Below are positions 1 to 13,277 of a stretch of DNA of 64,000 nucleotides, one piece after another (within the stretch, counting starts at the first letter, position 1; every line of letters begins with the position of its first letter). The notes beneath the pieces are model-generated. The model had not been told where the DNA came from, ran no database searches, and worked only from the letters and a program-made list of their open reading frames with translations. The stretch comes from Entomortierella parvispora E1425 (lineage: Eukaryota; Fungi; Mortierellomycota): contig BQFW01000005.1 in NCBI GenBank assembly GCA_020891255.1, positions 1,736,001 through 1,800,000 on the forward strand, read 5' to 3'. A program made the translations under genes and the position numbers.

Positions 1-316
1 TGAGATCCCCCCTCCTCTTCCCCTTGTTTATCAGTTCGCAATACCGCGTTTTTTTTTTAATATCTTTAATTCGTTCAAAGAACTCCCATTGGAACACGGT
101 TGCTGTGGTTGCCATGGCTGACGGCCATCCTAAATACATTGTTCGCTTCTGGCCCTATTTGTCTTGCATCCTGCGTCCCGATCTCTCATGCGTCAATTCG
201 ATAGAGTTGTGTTTATGGACTGCACCTACAAGACCAACACGGTGGGACTTCCATTTCTTCATATTATCGGCTTTACAGCAACAGGGGTTACTAGCGAGCG
301 CGCCGTCGATCTCGGA

Positions 317-364
317 TGAAGATGTGGACAAAAAGTGGCCTGAAGATGTGGACAAAAAGTGGCC
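317..364. repeat. Perfect 24-bp tandem duplication (TGAAGATGTGGACAAAAAGTGGCC x2)
   Basis: Positions 317-340 and 341-364 are identical. Confidence 0.95.
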
Positions 365-389
365 ATCTCTCATCAGTTCTCTCATATCT

Positions 390-1124
390 GCACGCATTGG
401 ACCTCCTGTGATGAAGCCGTCAAAGCGTTGGAAAAAGGAGGCAGGCCAATGATCCTCTTATCAATTACCTCCGAACCATAACAGATTACCAGTAATTGCC
501 CCTGAACTGCATCGGCACATTGAGTTTTCGAATGTGTCTGATACCTCTCATTGATCATGGCTCTGCACTACCTGTCTTTCTCGGATGAGGTGCCTTCAGA
601 CCTCAAGGAGAGGGATGGTTTTGGTGACTTCACCTGGTCCTTTATTCGGGGTGCACTGCACAGTCATTGGATGGAATCCGATCGCGGCACTTTGAAGTCC
701 CAGTGGAAGGGATCAAGGCGAGAAAAACTTTCGGCGCGATCTAATGGTGGAGGTAGAGGACTTCGGAGCCACGGCTGATGGTGTCGCCATGTTTGAAGAT
801 CACAGATATACATGGCGGAAGCATCGCAGGTTTGTGACGCCAGGTCAGACAAGAAACCAAGGGACAAATTCAAGGTCGTCCGGTGCGCGGGACTCTTGGA
901 ACACTTGAATCCGGGCGATCGCCCAAGAGTATAAACCTCCTGGCTCCAGAGCACTTAAAGACGAGACCTTGTTCTTTGCGATGGACTTCATTGGTATATA
1001 CCGGCTGAATGAAGTTGGGAGGATGTTTGTGCTGCTAAGAAAGTCTCACTTCTCAAAAAGGATGGAGACACATATCAGGACCTGCTTGAAGTTTGATCTT
1101 CTCCTGAAAGAACAAATAAACTGA
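390..1124 (+). pseudogene. Decayed gene remnant of an unidentified fungal family, possibly a PD-(D/E)xK/Crinkler-type C-terminal domain
   Basis: Protein-like segments join across at least three frameshifts and an in-frame stop: DGFGDFTWSFIRGAL / EVPVEGIKARK / NFRRDLMVEVEDFGATADGVAMFEDH / IYMAEASQVCDARSDKKPRDKFKVVR / RDSWNT*IRAIAQEYKPP...FAMDFIGIYRLNEVGRMFV...LKEQIN*. The family assignment is inference. Confidence 0.5.
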
Positions 1125-2151
1125 GACGATATCATGATGATAACATACAACGCACTGAGCATATCACAGTCACCACGATCAGTCTTGAAAACTGCCGATC
1201 GGCCAGCACCCATGTAGCGAGACTAGAGAATGGAGAAAGAGAAGCCAGACCAGGGCGTCCAACGCGTCGACTGAATTGGTGGCGCACGCTAGCCGACTGG
1301 CGCGTGCGGACGGACCGACCGACCGACCGACAAACAAACAAACACAGCAACAATGTCCTGTTCACCGACAGAGTGCAGTTGGTGAAAACAGTGTTCACTG
1401 AGAAGAAAAAAAGAACTGCATGGGATCGTAGTCTACATGAGTTGTATTAACTGTAGATGGTGCAAGAAGGTTCGCTCGCTCACTCTCTTGCACCACGCAC
1501 GCGAACCATCCTTGTTTCTTTCTTTCCTTCTCCAGCAGCAGCAGCAGCAGACAAGCATGTCGTGCTAAGAATAGCAAGAGGACAACAAGATTCATCTCCT
1601 CTTCTACGAACACAACAGCACGCGTCCACTGCCCGCCCTTTGTTCGTTGCTGTCTTCAAGAGCCAGCGGTAGTTCAACCGCCGCCCAGTGCTCTCAAAGG
1701 AATTCGCCCTGCTGCTGTTTGTTCCTGGATAAGAATAATGATAATGAAAACAAGACCCTCTTCGCCCAGAGTGGGCTGCCGCCCTCTTACCCAGGCAGGC
1801 AGACGCTCGCTCGTGCTCCTGCTGTTCTGGGGAACAAGAGGACAAGAGGACCTCTCTGTTCGTTCGTGTCCAAAGGCAGCGATTGCAATCAGGGCTGCAG
1901 GGCGGGCGAGTCGGCGAGTTTTCTGGTTGGAATCTCGTTCTTCTCTACTCTCCCTCCGTTCCCCCTTTGGTCCTTTGTCATCCGTCCATCCATCCGCTCT
2001 TCTTCTCCTCCCTCTCCTCCTTCGCCTCGCCCTTCTTCCTTCTCGTCTTGCCCACACGACCCATTCCTTTTCTCATTCCTTTTCTCATTCCTCTCTTTTT
2101 CATTCATTCACTCATCTCTTTGCGGATCATCCTTATTCATAGCCATCCCTA

Positions 2152-3920
2152 ATGTCTCATTACAAAGGCGAGCCTCGCCAGGAACTCGTCAAGCACGCCT
2201 ACAACCCTCAAAGCTCAGCTTACGATTACGACCATGACGACGAAGACCTTCATTCCACAAACTCGTATCCTATGGCACAGCAAATGACCACCCAGCAACG
2301 TCGCCAAGAAGAACGTCGTCGACAAGCAGAGGCTGCCGCTGCTGCAGATGCAGCTGGTTATGGAACATCTGCAGCTACTGCCGCGGCAGCCGCGGCCGCT
2401 GCAGGGACGGGTTCATCTGCTTGGTTAGACAAACAGACAAAGAAGACAAGCCGATGGAAGACGATTGCCTGGGCTACATTTGGAGTCTTGTTGTTGGCTT
2501 TGGCGGGTATCTTGGCTTGGTACTTTGCTGTGTACAAGAAGGACCACACCAACTCTGAATCCAGCAACAGCGGCAGTGGTAAAGGCAACAATGGAGGAAC
2601 GGCAACCGGCCCCACTGGTAAGTGCCTTTCTTTTTTCTTTCGTAGGATGGCGGACACTCTTCTTCCCCACCCGCAAACAAAAGGATGTTGCCTTGATCCA
2701 CATCCATACCCACAAACACCCACAAATATACCTGGTTCCAGGACCGTCCCTATTTTGAGAAAGTCGGTCAGACCGGACAAACAAACAAAAAGCCAAAAAA
2801 TAGCTGGGCGCATCTCTTTACCGAGGCTCAACTGTGGTTAATTTCTTCTTTCTCCTTGTGCCTGACCTTCTTTTCACTCCCTTCTCCACCAATAGTCATT
2901 ACGCCCAACGGCACGGTCGTGCCAAACACAAACTACCCCCTGAGACGCGTCTTTTACGGCATGGCCTATGTGCCCGTCGGTGCTGTCATGCCCGGCTGCT
3001 TCAACACCCAGGCCTCGGTCGATCAGGAACTTCAGCTCTTGGTGCAGACTACCCGTCGTGTGCGACTCTATGGGACAGATTGTAATGTACTTCACCACAC
3101 CTTGGATGCCATCCAACGCCTCAAACTGGATCTGAAGGTCGTAGTCGGTATCTGGATCGACGCCGACGCAACGACTTTTACCCGTCAATCCCAAGAGTTT
3201 TATAACCAGGCCACCACCTATGGCCTTTCCAACATCCTGGGTGTCTCGGTCGGTAACGAGGTTTTGTTTGATGGCTACCAACCCTTGGAGGTCTTGCAGG
3301 CCCATATTGCCGAGGTCAAGGCCAAGGTGGTTGAGATGGGTCATCCTGAAATCCCAGTGTTCACCTCGGATCTTGAGTCAAAGAACAAGCCTCCATTGAC
3401 GACTAATGAGGACATGGCTGGTATAAACTTGCATCCCTTCTTCTCTGGTGTCCCTGTCGAAGGTGCCGCTTCTTGGTTCTGGAAATATTTGCAGACCTCG
3501 GTCGAGCCCGCGTTGGGAAAGAAAGCCGACGGCACGCAGCAACAGGTTTTGATTACGGAAGTGGGCTGGCCTACCTTTCCTGCCAATGGCAACACCAGTA
3601 AGTTGGAGAGGCTAACCGTTGCCATGCATACACTTGTCTTGGAAAAAGTCGATGAATATGAAATCATAACCACTTTTTTTTTTCTTAACGTTTCATCTAC
3701 AGATGCCTCCGTCCCCTCGATTCCCAACTTGCAGACCTTTATCGACACTTGGCTCTGTGATGCCAACAAGAAGCAGCTGCCTTATTACTATTTCGAGTTC
3801 TTTGATGCTCCCTGGAAGATCTGGCCCGGCTCTGCTGTCGAGGGTTTCTGGGGTCTGTTGACGATCGACAAAAAGCTCAAAGTCAAATTGCCAGACAGTC
3901 CCGACTGCCTTGCCTCCTAA
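2152..3920 (+). CDS. Membrane-anchored glycoside hydrolase family 17 endo-1,3-beta-glucanase (BtgC-like)
   Basis: Exons 2152-2617, 2896-3597 and 3703-3920 with GT-AG introns; the second intron is an in-frame 105 nt. One TM helix (IAWATFGVLLLALAGILAWYFAV), followed by GH17 motifs VRLYGTDC, VSVGNEVLF (acid/base Glu) and ITEVGWPT (nucleophile Glu). Confidence 0.9.
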
Positions 3921-4156
3921 AGAAATCAGCAACTCCAAAACAGCAACAACCAAAAATAATCTCATTGCATGCCAAACTCCATAGATATCCCGTACACTGC
4001 GTATCATCCAATCCGTCTACTTTCGCTAATAATAAGCAGCAGCACCATTCTTTTTTTTCTTTTGCTCTATTTTTTATTGACATGAGGGTGCAAAAGCAAC
4101 GGAGGGGAAAGGGGGTATTATCGACTGAGATCTGGTTCTCGAGTCATTCTTCTCCT

Positions 4157-6828
4157 CTAGACAGTCGTCGTCGTGTCGTGGTGGCTGTTATCAGCAGAAG
4201 AGTTCACAGCGCCGTTGCTGCTGGGGCGATGCTCCAATGGCTGAAAGATTTTCTGCTTTTGACGGATACCTCCTGCAGTCTTGTCGACCAGGTTGGTGGC
4301 CAGTTCCGGCAACAAACAAACATCTCGGACGGCAGCGCCTTGGCCCATGGGCGTCCAGACCCTCAACACCACCGCACCGTCATCCACGACCACATCGCGG
4401 CTCTTCATGCCCCCAAGAGCAGAAGACGAGGAGGAGACGACAGAAGGACGGAACTTGCCAGAGACCATGATCCAGCCAATGCCCGAAAAGACCAGGTCAC
4501 AGATACCATACTGCCCAGCCAGCTGCAACTCTGCATTCTTGCGCTTATGACGTGTCTGAGAATCCTCCTCTTCCAGTGTAGAATCGTCCTCCATCGAGTC
4601 CAGTAATGAGAAATGTCCTTTGGCCGTCATGGTTGAGGCGCCCGTTCCGGTCCCCAACCCCTCCAAAGGATTGTTGATGATCACAACATCCTTCTCAAAC
4701 GCAGGTCGTAGTCCCGGGAAGGCCGCCAAGCGCTCGGGCGTACCAAAGGGCGGTTGCAGAATAGTGAGTTCGCCGGCGCGAGACCGTTCCAGGAACCGAT
4801 CGGCAGCAACGGTCGATGTTTTGTGTAGAGGCAAAGTCGTAAAGCACGTCAGTTTAGGCGCAGGGTTGGATCCACGGGCACGAGGCGTTTTGATTTCGCC
4901 TTGAGTACTCTCTTCGCCGCTGTTTTCTGAAGTGGTCGTTGCAGTGGATGAACCTGAGGGTCTTCCAATTGAAATACAGTCGATGCGCACCAGTCCTCCT
5001 AGGAAGAAGGATTTGCCTAATGATTATGTGGAATAAAAAAAAGGGCCTTGATGAGAAACGCAAAACAATTAGAGCATCATTCTCACAATTGGAAAAAGCC
5101 GAGATCCTTACCTTCTTCCAGCATAAAACTCGCCGGTTTGAGCATCCTCTTGGGCAAGCTCACCTTGAGCTCCTCCAAGGTCAGCCAAGAGGTCAAGGGT
5201 CCTACGCCAGTGACCTTTCTTCCATCGGGACCAATCATGGTACCTGTGGTCCGAATACCAGGCGTGTCCATCAGCCACTTTGTCTGCACCTCTTTAGGCG
5301 TCGCACCCATGAACCGAGAGAGCACATTCAAGGGAACCTTGATCCTCTCTAGAGTCGTCCCCGGCACATTCGACACTGTGGTCTTGTAAAGGTCCAACTT
5401 TTCCGTGCTCCGACTCTTGTACAATTCCTCATACTGATCCAGGACCGCCCCATGATCCTTGACGCCCGTGAGCTTGCTCCAGTCATCGTCCTTGTTCTCT
5501 GTCGAGCCACTCGTCTTGCCCAAGAGCTTCTCCAGCTTCTTTTGTCGGTCGGTTTGTTCCGACTGGTTGCGATCCTTCGAATCTTGGCTCTGCTTGGGTT
5601 TCCACCGTCCTGATTCCTTCAGGAATGCATTCATCAACTGAGATTTACCGACATTTTCAGCACCCACCATTACCACGTTTCCCTTGCCAGACCGTGACCA
5701 AGAAGTGCCAATAGACTTTAACAATAACCGGATCTCGTCGCCGACAGGGTTCTTGGCACTGACCAGATGGATCGCGCGTACATTCGAGTCCAGTCCATGC
5801 CGTTGAAGGTATTCTTGCAAAGTCGCAATCACGCGGTGTTTCCGAGTGCCCAGGGGCATCACATCAAACTTGTTACCGACCAAGATGATGGGTGTGGTGG
5901 GGTAGACGCTTCCTTGGACCCGGGTCGTCGGCTTCTTTTTGGCTTTTAGAAGCTCGTCAATGATGGGCTGGGGCAAGGACAGTGGAAAGTCGATCAGATC
6001 CACTACCAACACCACAGTGGCACTCTTGGACTGGGCAAGCGTCTCGAGGTGTTTTGGGACAGGCGCTGGGGGAGAGGGGAAGAGGGATGAAGGAAGGACA
6101 GAGCTGTTGGCCAAAGGAGATGCATGATGTGAAAGGGAGTGACAGCGGTGACAAATCAGTCGTGGGGGAGTCTTTGGTTCGAGCGTTGGTTTCCGATCCA
6201 AGAGTTCGACTGGCTCCTCAACGCTCATGGCGCCCTGGCTCTCTGCAGTGGTGGTCGTCTTTGAGGTTATATCCTTGTCTGTGAGAATGGAGGCAGAAGG
6301 AGGTACGATTCCCATGAGTTCCTCCCGCAACTTTGGATCCAGAGACTTGAGGTGCTCTTCGTACTGAGCCTGGTTCATGGACGTGGCACTGGTACTCTTT
6401 TTAGATTGTTTAGAAGAAGACAAGGTGGAAGAGGCACCAAAGTCATCTGCGCGTGCCAGGAACCCGGGCTCTTGAGGTCGATCAACCTGGAAGGGTGACC
6501 CACAACCAGGACAAGGTAGACCGACGAGGGCCTTGAGGTTGCGAGAATCGGACTGTTGTGAGGTAGGCGAAGAAGAAGCTGGTGTGGATGAGGACAGGGT
6601 GTTATCGAGGCTCTTCCTGAGAAGAGTACAGGTGGAGAAACGGACAACGGAGGAAGGGGAAGGGAAGAGTGGTCTAGGAACGCGCGTAGGAATGTGAGCA
6701 GACCGCGTGGTCGTTGGAGCCGCTGTGGCGAGTGAGCGAGCGCAGCAATGGCTCCTGGGAAAAAACCCCCGCAGCACAGCCGCAGCTGGGCCAGAGACAA
6801 GTCGAGCCTTGTGTGAGGATGGCAGCAT
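4157..6828 (-). CDS. GEP3: Mitochondrial circularly permuted GTPase of the YqeH/NOA1/Gep3 family (mitoribosome small-subunit assembly)
   Basis: Exons 6828-5112 and 5016-4157. Arg/Ser-rich presequence-like N-terminus; Zn-binding CPGCG...CHRC; G4 NKFD precedes G1 GAENVGKS, G2 PGTT and G3 DTPG; the splice restores [13 protein letters not shown]. Confidence 0.9.
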
Positions 6829-6986
6829 AGCAAGGGAGAGGGTGCGGGAGAGGGTGAATGGAGCAATGGAGTTTTACATGCACAAGGCATGCATGCAAGC
6901 AACTACAAGTGGAAGACAGTCACGCTGTTTACTCTTTTTTTTTCTTTTGCGGCCGCAGCAAAGAGGAAAGAGAGAGAGGGAGAGAA

Positions 6987-6994
<8 letters not shown>

Positions 6995-7070
<76 letters not shown>
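6995..7070. repeat. (AC)38 microsatellite between divergent genes
   Basis: Pure AC run at 6995-7070, with imperfect flanks extending to about 6989-7082. Confidence 0.97.
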
Positions 7071-7082
<12 letters not shown>

Positions 7083-7272
7083 GCAACGCACGCGAGAGGA
7101 GAAAGAGGTTGCTTCCTTTGTTCATTCTTCATTCTTCCTTCTTCATTCCTTCGTCTCCTCTTTTTATTACGCCTCGACTATTGCTTCTACCTCTTCCTCC
7201 TCCTCTACTACCACCACTACTGACATTGATACCACCATCACTACAGCCACACCTACTACTAGAACACATCGA

Positions 7273-10200
7273 ATGCCATCCATCCCAGAGACAGAGCTCA
7301 TTCGCCTGCAGGCGAACCAGGCCCACGTCCGCAACATCTGCATCCTTGCCCACGTCGACCACGGCAAGACCACCCTCTCAGACTCGCTCCTTGCCTCCAA
7401 TGGCATCATTTCCTCAAAACTAGCCGGAAAGGTCCGGTACCTGGACTCTCGTGAAGACGAGCAGGAGCGCGGTATCACCATGGAATCCTCAGCCATCTCT
7501 CTTTACTTCAAGATCATGCGACGCGTCTCCAGCCTCGCCCCTTCCTCAGCCCCCGGCTCTCGCCCTGAATCACCCGCTCCTGCTGCTACTTCAACAGTTG
7601 AGGATCAGAGCAATGCCTCTCCAGAAGGATCACCCGCCACCACCCCCGGAGGCGCTGCTCGTGAGTTTTTTTTTTTCTCTTTTGGAACTTTGGTCTTCAA
7701 AATGTCCCGAGAAGGATACACAAAACTAACATTTTGCTCTCCAACATTGTTGACAAAATAGCAAGAGCCACCATCTCGGAAGAATATTTGATCAACCTCA
7801 TCGACTCGCCTGGACATGTCGACTTTTCCGGAGAGGTTTCGACAGCATCGCGTCTTTGCGACGGTGCGCTGGTTCTTGTGGACGCAGTCGAGGGTGTCTG
7901 CACACAGGTACACTATCCGAGAGCCCACTTCCTGTCCCTCCCCCCACATGACCTCTAAACCTCCATGTTTTGTTGTTTGCCGAGCATATGTTGACTGAAA
8001 CCCTCCATGGGCATCTGTTTCTTGTTTTCTTTTAGACTCACACGGTGCTGCGACAGGCATGGCGTGAATCTGTGCGACCCGTATTGGTCATCAACAAGAT
8101 TGACCGTCTGATCACAGAGCTTCAGTTCACATCTTTGGAGGCATACGTACATCTCAACAAGATTCTGGAGCAAGTCAACGCCATCATGGGTACCTTCTTT
8201 TCCGAGAATGTTCTTGAAGAGGATTACAGGAAAAAGGCCGAGGTAAAGAGAGGGGGGTTTTTTTTTATTTCTTCCTTCTAATGGCACTTTTCTATCCATA
8301 CTGATACAACTCACCCTTCGTCCCATTCGATCCAACAGAAAAAGAAGGAACAGGAGGGAAAGGCGACTGATTCAACAACAACAGGATTGGAAGATACCTT
8401 CTCGGACTGGCATGTCGAAACCCAGGACGATTCTCATATTTATTTTGATCCCGCCAGAGGCAACGTCATTTTTGCATCCGCCATCGACGGCTGGGCTTTC
8501 AGGGTCGATCAGTTTGCGGCACTCTATGCTCAAAAGTTGGGCATGAAGGAGACTGTTCTCCGAAAGTGTCTTTGGGGCGACTTTTATTTGGACCCAAAGA
8601 CAAAGCGCGTCATTGGCTATAAGGGTTTGAAGGGTCGCGCCTTGAAGCCTTTGGCCGTTCACCTTGTACTGGATAACATCTGGAAGGTTTATGATGTTGT
8701 TGTCATCCAGCCGTAAGCCCTCCTTGCTTTCTGTTGTATTTTTAGATCATTTTCAACATTTCATTAATAATTATTATTTACTGACGAAATAGGGATCGGG
8801 AAATGATGGAAAAGGTGGTCAAGTCATTAAACTTGAAGGTTCTTCAGAGAGATTTGAAAGCAAAGGATACTCGATCGGTCCTCACCACCATCTTTTCTCA
8901 GTGGCTCCCTCTTTCGACCTGTGTGCTTTTGGCAGTCGTGGACCAACTGCCATCGCCTCCCGCAGCTCAAAAGGTCAGGATGCCCAAGATGTTGCATCCC
9001 TTTGAGATCACGCCTCCAGAACCCACAGAGGAATGGGAAAAGGGTATGACCAACTGTGATGCTAACAGCGGTGTGGTTGCCTATGTGAGCAAGATGGTGT
9101 CAGTGCCCTTGGAGGTTCTACCCAAGAACAAGCGCAAGACTTTGACAGCGGAGGAAATGCGCCAGCGAGGAAGGATCCAGCGCGAACAAATGATTGCAAG
9201 TGCCAAGGCGGCCGAGATTGGAGAGGTCGGCGTTCATTTGGATGTCGATGAAGTCATTGCTAACAGAGTCAAGGCCGATGCAGAGGAAAAGGCTGCTGCG
9301 GAGGAACTGGAAGGCAAGGAGGCTCTCATTGGATTCGCTCGTATCTATTCAGGAACTGTTCGTGTGGGTCAGAAGCTCAAGGTTCTTGGACCCAAGTATG
9401 ACCCAGCGCAACCAACTCTTCACTGCAGCGAGGTGACCGTTGACAGTCTGTTTATGATCATGGGACGAGACTTGATTGGACTAGACCAGGTTCCTGCCGG
9501 CAATGTCTTTGGTATCGGTGGATTGGAAGGACATGTTCTCAAGTACGGAACCCTCTGGAGTGCCGAATGGGAGGGTGGACAAAATTTGGTAGGCAAGGGT
9601 TTGGAGGCAGCCCCTATTGTCAGAGTTGCCCTCGAGCCCGAGGATCCTTCACAGATGGCCCAATTGGTCCGAGGACTTCAACTTTTGAACCAGGCTGACC
9701 CCGCCGTCCAGATCTTGACTCAGGAAACTGGAGAACACGTTATTTTGACCTCAGGAGAGGTTCATTTGGAGCGTTGCATGGCCGATTTGAGAGAGAGATT
9801 TGCCCGCATCGAGATTTCAATGAGTGAGCCTATTGTGCCTTTTAGAGAGACGGCCGTCAATGCGCCTGCTCAGATTATAACCTCCTCGGCCATGGCTGTG
9901 AACGAGGCACTCGCTCGTGAACAAGGAGAAAAGTTGATCGGAAAGTCTGAAGCTCCCGCACCTCGAGGATCAATCACCGCCACGACACCCAACCGACATG
10001 TCCGTTTCGTTGTCAGGACCGTTCCCATCCCAGAAGATTTGAAAAAGTTTTTGACCGATAACGCGGAATTGATCCAGTCTTATGTGGAGAGCACCACCAG
10101 CGGCGGAAAGGGCGCTCAGCAAATGGATGTCAAGGGTCAGGAGGCTGAAGCCAAGGTCCAGAGAAAGTTGCTCGAGGAACTCAAGCCTCTGTTTGCGCAG

Positions 10201-11102
10201 GCTGGAGATGAGTGGGTGGGCAAGGAGAAGGACATTCTTGCGTTTGGACCCCGTCGTGTTGGACCCAATCTCTTGATCAACAACCTCGGCATGGAGTTTA
10301 CGCGACACAGCCGAAACAACAGCTCGGAAGAAGGCAGCAATTTGATCACGGTCCAGGATCTGGCAGAGTCTGTTCAGACTGGATTCCAAATTGCGACCAA
10401 CACTGGCCCCTTGTGTGGTGAACCCATGCTGGGCATGGCCTTCTTCGTCCAGGAGATTGAGCTCTTGGAGACGGAAGGAGGTGATCAGGAGCAGGGGGGA
10501 CGATCCAAGATGGCAGTGACGAGTGGACAGGTGATCACGTCGATGCGCGATGCCTGCCGTTTGGGATTCTTGGAGTGGAGTCCTCGTCTCATGTTGGCCA
10601 TGTATTCTTGTGATATCCAATGTTCAGGTAAGGGTCCAATGGATCTCGCTTTTGTAATCATTTTTTTGTATGTATGATTGGACCGTACAAGGGGCTGACT
10701 TTTCATTGTCGTTTATGTTTAGCGGATGTGTTGGGCAAGGTGTACGGAGTCATTGCACGTCGCAAGGGCAAGATTTTGCACGAGGAAATGAAGGAAGGTA
10801 CTCCCTTCTTCTCGATCCAGGCGCTTTTGCCTGTGGTCGAGTCTTTTGGATTCTCGGACGACATTCGCAAAAAGACTTCGGGCGCTGCCTCACCTCAGTT
10901 GATCTTTTCGCACTTTGAGGTGCTGGAGATGGATCCATTCTGGGTGCCCAATACAGTAGAAGAGTTGGAGGACCTGGGCGAGAAGGCTGACAGGGATAAT
11001 GTGGCCAAGAAGTACATGGAAGTGGTCAGGAAACGCAAGGGTTTGTTTGTGGAACAAAAGATTGTAGAGCACGCCGAGAAGCAGCGTACATTGAAGAGGT
11101 AG
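7273..11102 (+). CDS. EFL1: Elongation factor-like GTPase 1 (EFL1/Ria1; 60S maturation, Tif6 release)
   Basis: Six exons: 7273-7660, 7762-7907, 8036-8242, 8339-8712, 8793-10627, 10723-11102. Motifs [37 protein letters not shown] and INKIDR. The C-terminus [16 protein letters not shown]...DPFW...N.AKKYM..VRKRKGL is typical of EFL1 rather than eEF2. Confidence 0.95.
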
Positions 11103-12154
11103 AAACCGAACCGTGCAAGGGAAGGAAAACAGGGTTACTGCAAGCAGCCGTAGAAACACAACTTTTATTTAAAAAAAAAAAAGAGAAATTACACTAGCAA
11201 GTTGAAACCCGAAATGAATACGCGTTTTTCGCGTGTCAGAGACTCTGGACAAGCAGAACAAGATTGGGCGTTCTCAGTGAGCTCCCACCCACAACCTGTT
11301 GCTCTCCTGTCTTGTGTTCACGGTAATCGAGAGGAGTTGATTTGTGCATTATTTTTTTCAATTTGCGCCTGTGAACAGAAAGGAAAAGTGCACAAATTGA
11401 GCCCACCCATGAAAACAGAGAAGAGAGCCCTTTTTTGCTTTTACTTTTCTCACCATTGTGGTGTTGATGTCTTTTGTCTGTTGTTTGTTGTTTTTTTCGC
11501 TTCCCGTTGAAAAGAGAGAGGGGTTTTTTGTTTTTGCGCCTTTCCTCACCATGCTCCAGCTCTTGCTCCGCTCCACCCATGTGCGCCCTTGACTGGGTCC
11601 CCCCGGCTCCAGAGCAGAAACTGTCAAGACGAACAGAAAAGAACCTCTTTGATCGGACAGGCAGTGGTGTCTGTCTCGTCATTCTATTCATTTAGGAATG
11701 GATGTGCTCAACTCCTCTCTGTTTACCGAGAAATCCAAAATCACATCTCATCGCCACATGTGGAGAATAATTCAAAAAACAAGGGAGTCGCTGTTCCTCC
11801 TTTTTTTTTTTTTCTTTCATCAGCTTGCAAAGAAAAACGTCAGCAGAGGATTGAGAATCGGGACATCTGGCAAACCTCAAAAAAAACAACCAGCAGGGCT
11901 GTCATTTCAGGTGTTGTGGCTGTTAGGCCCGTTTTCCTGTCCGCAAAGAAAAGACTTTTGAAAGTGCTCATGCTCTTGACTGGCCCGAGTCTCCTTTTTT
12001 TTTTCCTGTTGCCCTGTGACAATCCAATCAACATCTTCTGGAAGGGGGGATGTTCTTTCTTGTTGCTACACTTTTTTATTATATTAGGGTGTTTTATGGT
12101 GGTGGTGGACGTTAAAAAAGTTATGATTATTCCTGGCTTTGTCTTTCATCTTGT

Positions 12155-12700
12155 TTAAAGCATGAAAGCGAAAGCGGCAACAATGACCAAAGCAGCGGTA
12201 GAACCAGCCTTCAAGGCGCCAGCGCCGTTGGTAGACTTGGGGGTCGATGCTGTGCCAGTGGCCGAGGCGGTGCCGTTAGCGGTGGAGGTAGCAGCGGCAG
12301 TGGTGGTAGCGGCAGCGGTGGTGGGGCTGACACCGTTGATCGTGAAATGAGCCGAGTAAGACTGAACACCGCCGTTGGTGACCAAGATGGAGTAGGTGTT
12401 GTTGGTGGGGATATTGGCGGGGATCTGGACCTTGGTGGAACCAGGCTCGTTGCAGTCCAAGGTGCCGATGGGGCTCAAACCAGGCACGGCGACCTGGTAA
12501 GCACCCTGCTGCTGCTGCAAGACAATAGGGAAGGTGGTGTTGGTGAGGTCACCACAGTCGTTGGTCCAGGAGACGGTCTCGGTCGAACCAGCGGTCCAGA
12601 CAGTGTTCGCGATGGGCTCGCCATAGGAGAGCAACTCCTGGGCGGTGGCGACGGAGGCGACGGCGGCAACGGCGGCAAGGGAGAAAAGAGTAGACTTCAT
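12155..12700 (-). CDS. Secreted, probably GPI-anchored Ser/Thr-rich cell-wall protein (Kre9/Knh1-like Ig-fold N-terminal domain)
   Basis: Signal peptide MKSTLFSLAAVAAVASVATA; W-x-x-G...V-x-W pattern and YSAHFTI; T/A-rich stalk; small-residue omega region (NGA) and hydrophobic tail ALVIVAAFAFML. Intronless, 181 aa. Confidence 0.85.
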   Translation of the reverse strand: MKSTLFSLAAVAAVASVATAQELLSYGEPIANTVWTAGSTETVSWTNDCGDLTNTTFPIVLQQQQGAYQVAVPGLSPIGTLDCNEPGSTKVQIPANIPTNNTYSILVTNGGVQSYSAHFTINGVSPTTAAATTTAAATSTANGTASATGTASTPKSTNGAGALKAGSTAALVIVAAFAFML

Positions 12701-13229
12701 GGTGATGTGAATGAGAAAAGGTGAGGGGGGAAGGGGATCAGATGAGGAATGAGATGAGGAGGAAGAAGAGAAAGAAAAGAAGAGAGAAAAAAGAAGGAAA
12801 GAAAAGGCACAAACTCAACGAGAGACGGACCTTGCGAGAAAGTCAGACCCGCGCCCCGCCTGCAAGTGAACGAGTGCAAGTACGTACTGCTGTAGTGGTA
12901 CTCTTGTTACTGCCTGGCTGCCTGGCTGTCCGCCTGTCTACCTACAGCTACAGCTGCAGCAGCTGGCTGCTACCCTTCACTCGTCCACACCACCACCACC
13001 ACTGCCACCACCTGCCAACCGTCTGCAGCAGACAGGCACAGACTTCCAACGGCCATGAACAAGGTTTGGAGGTGTGATTGGACCACAGGGGCAAAATTCA
13101 AATTGAAATAACTTTTTGTTGGAATGCACCGAGAGGGGTCAAGGCCATCGCAGTCAGCTGGCACTCTCTGTAGTAACTTTGCTTGCCTGCTTGCTTCAGC
13201 AATTGTTCTGCTCATCTTCGCGTGCTGAT

Positions 13230-13230
<1 letters not shown>

Positions 13231-13272
<42 letters not shown>
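13231..13272. repeat. (CT)21 microsatellite
   Basis: Pure CT run of 42 bp. Confidence 0.95.
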
Positions 13273-13277
<5 letters not shown>

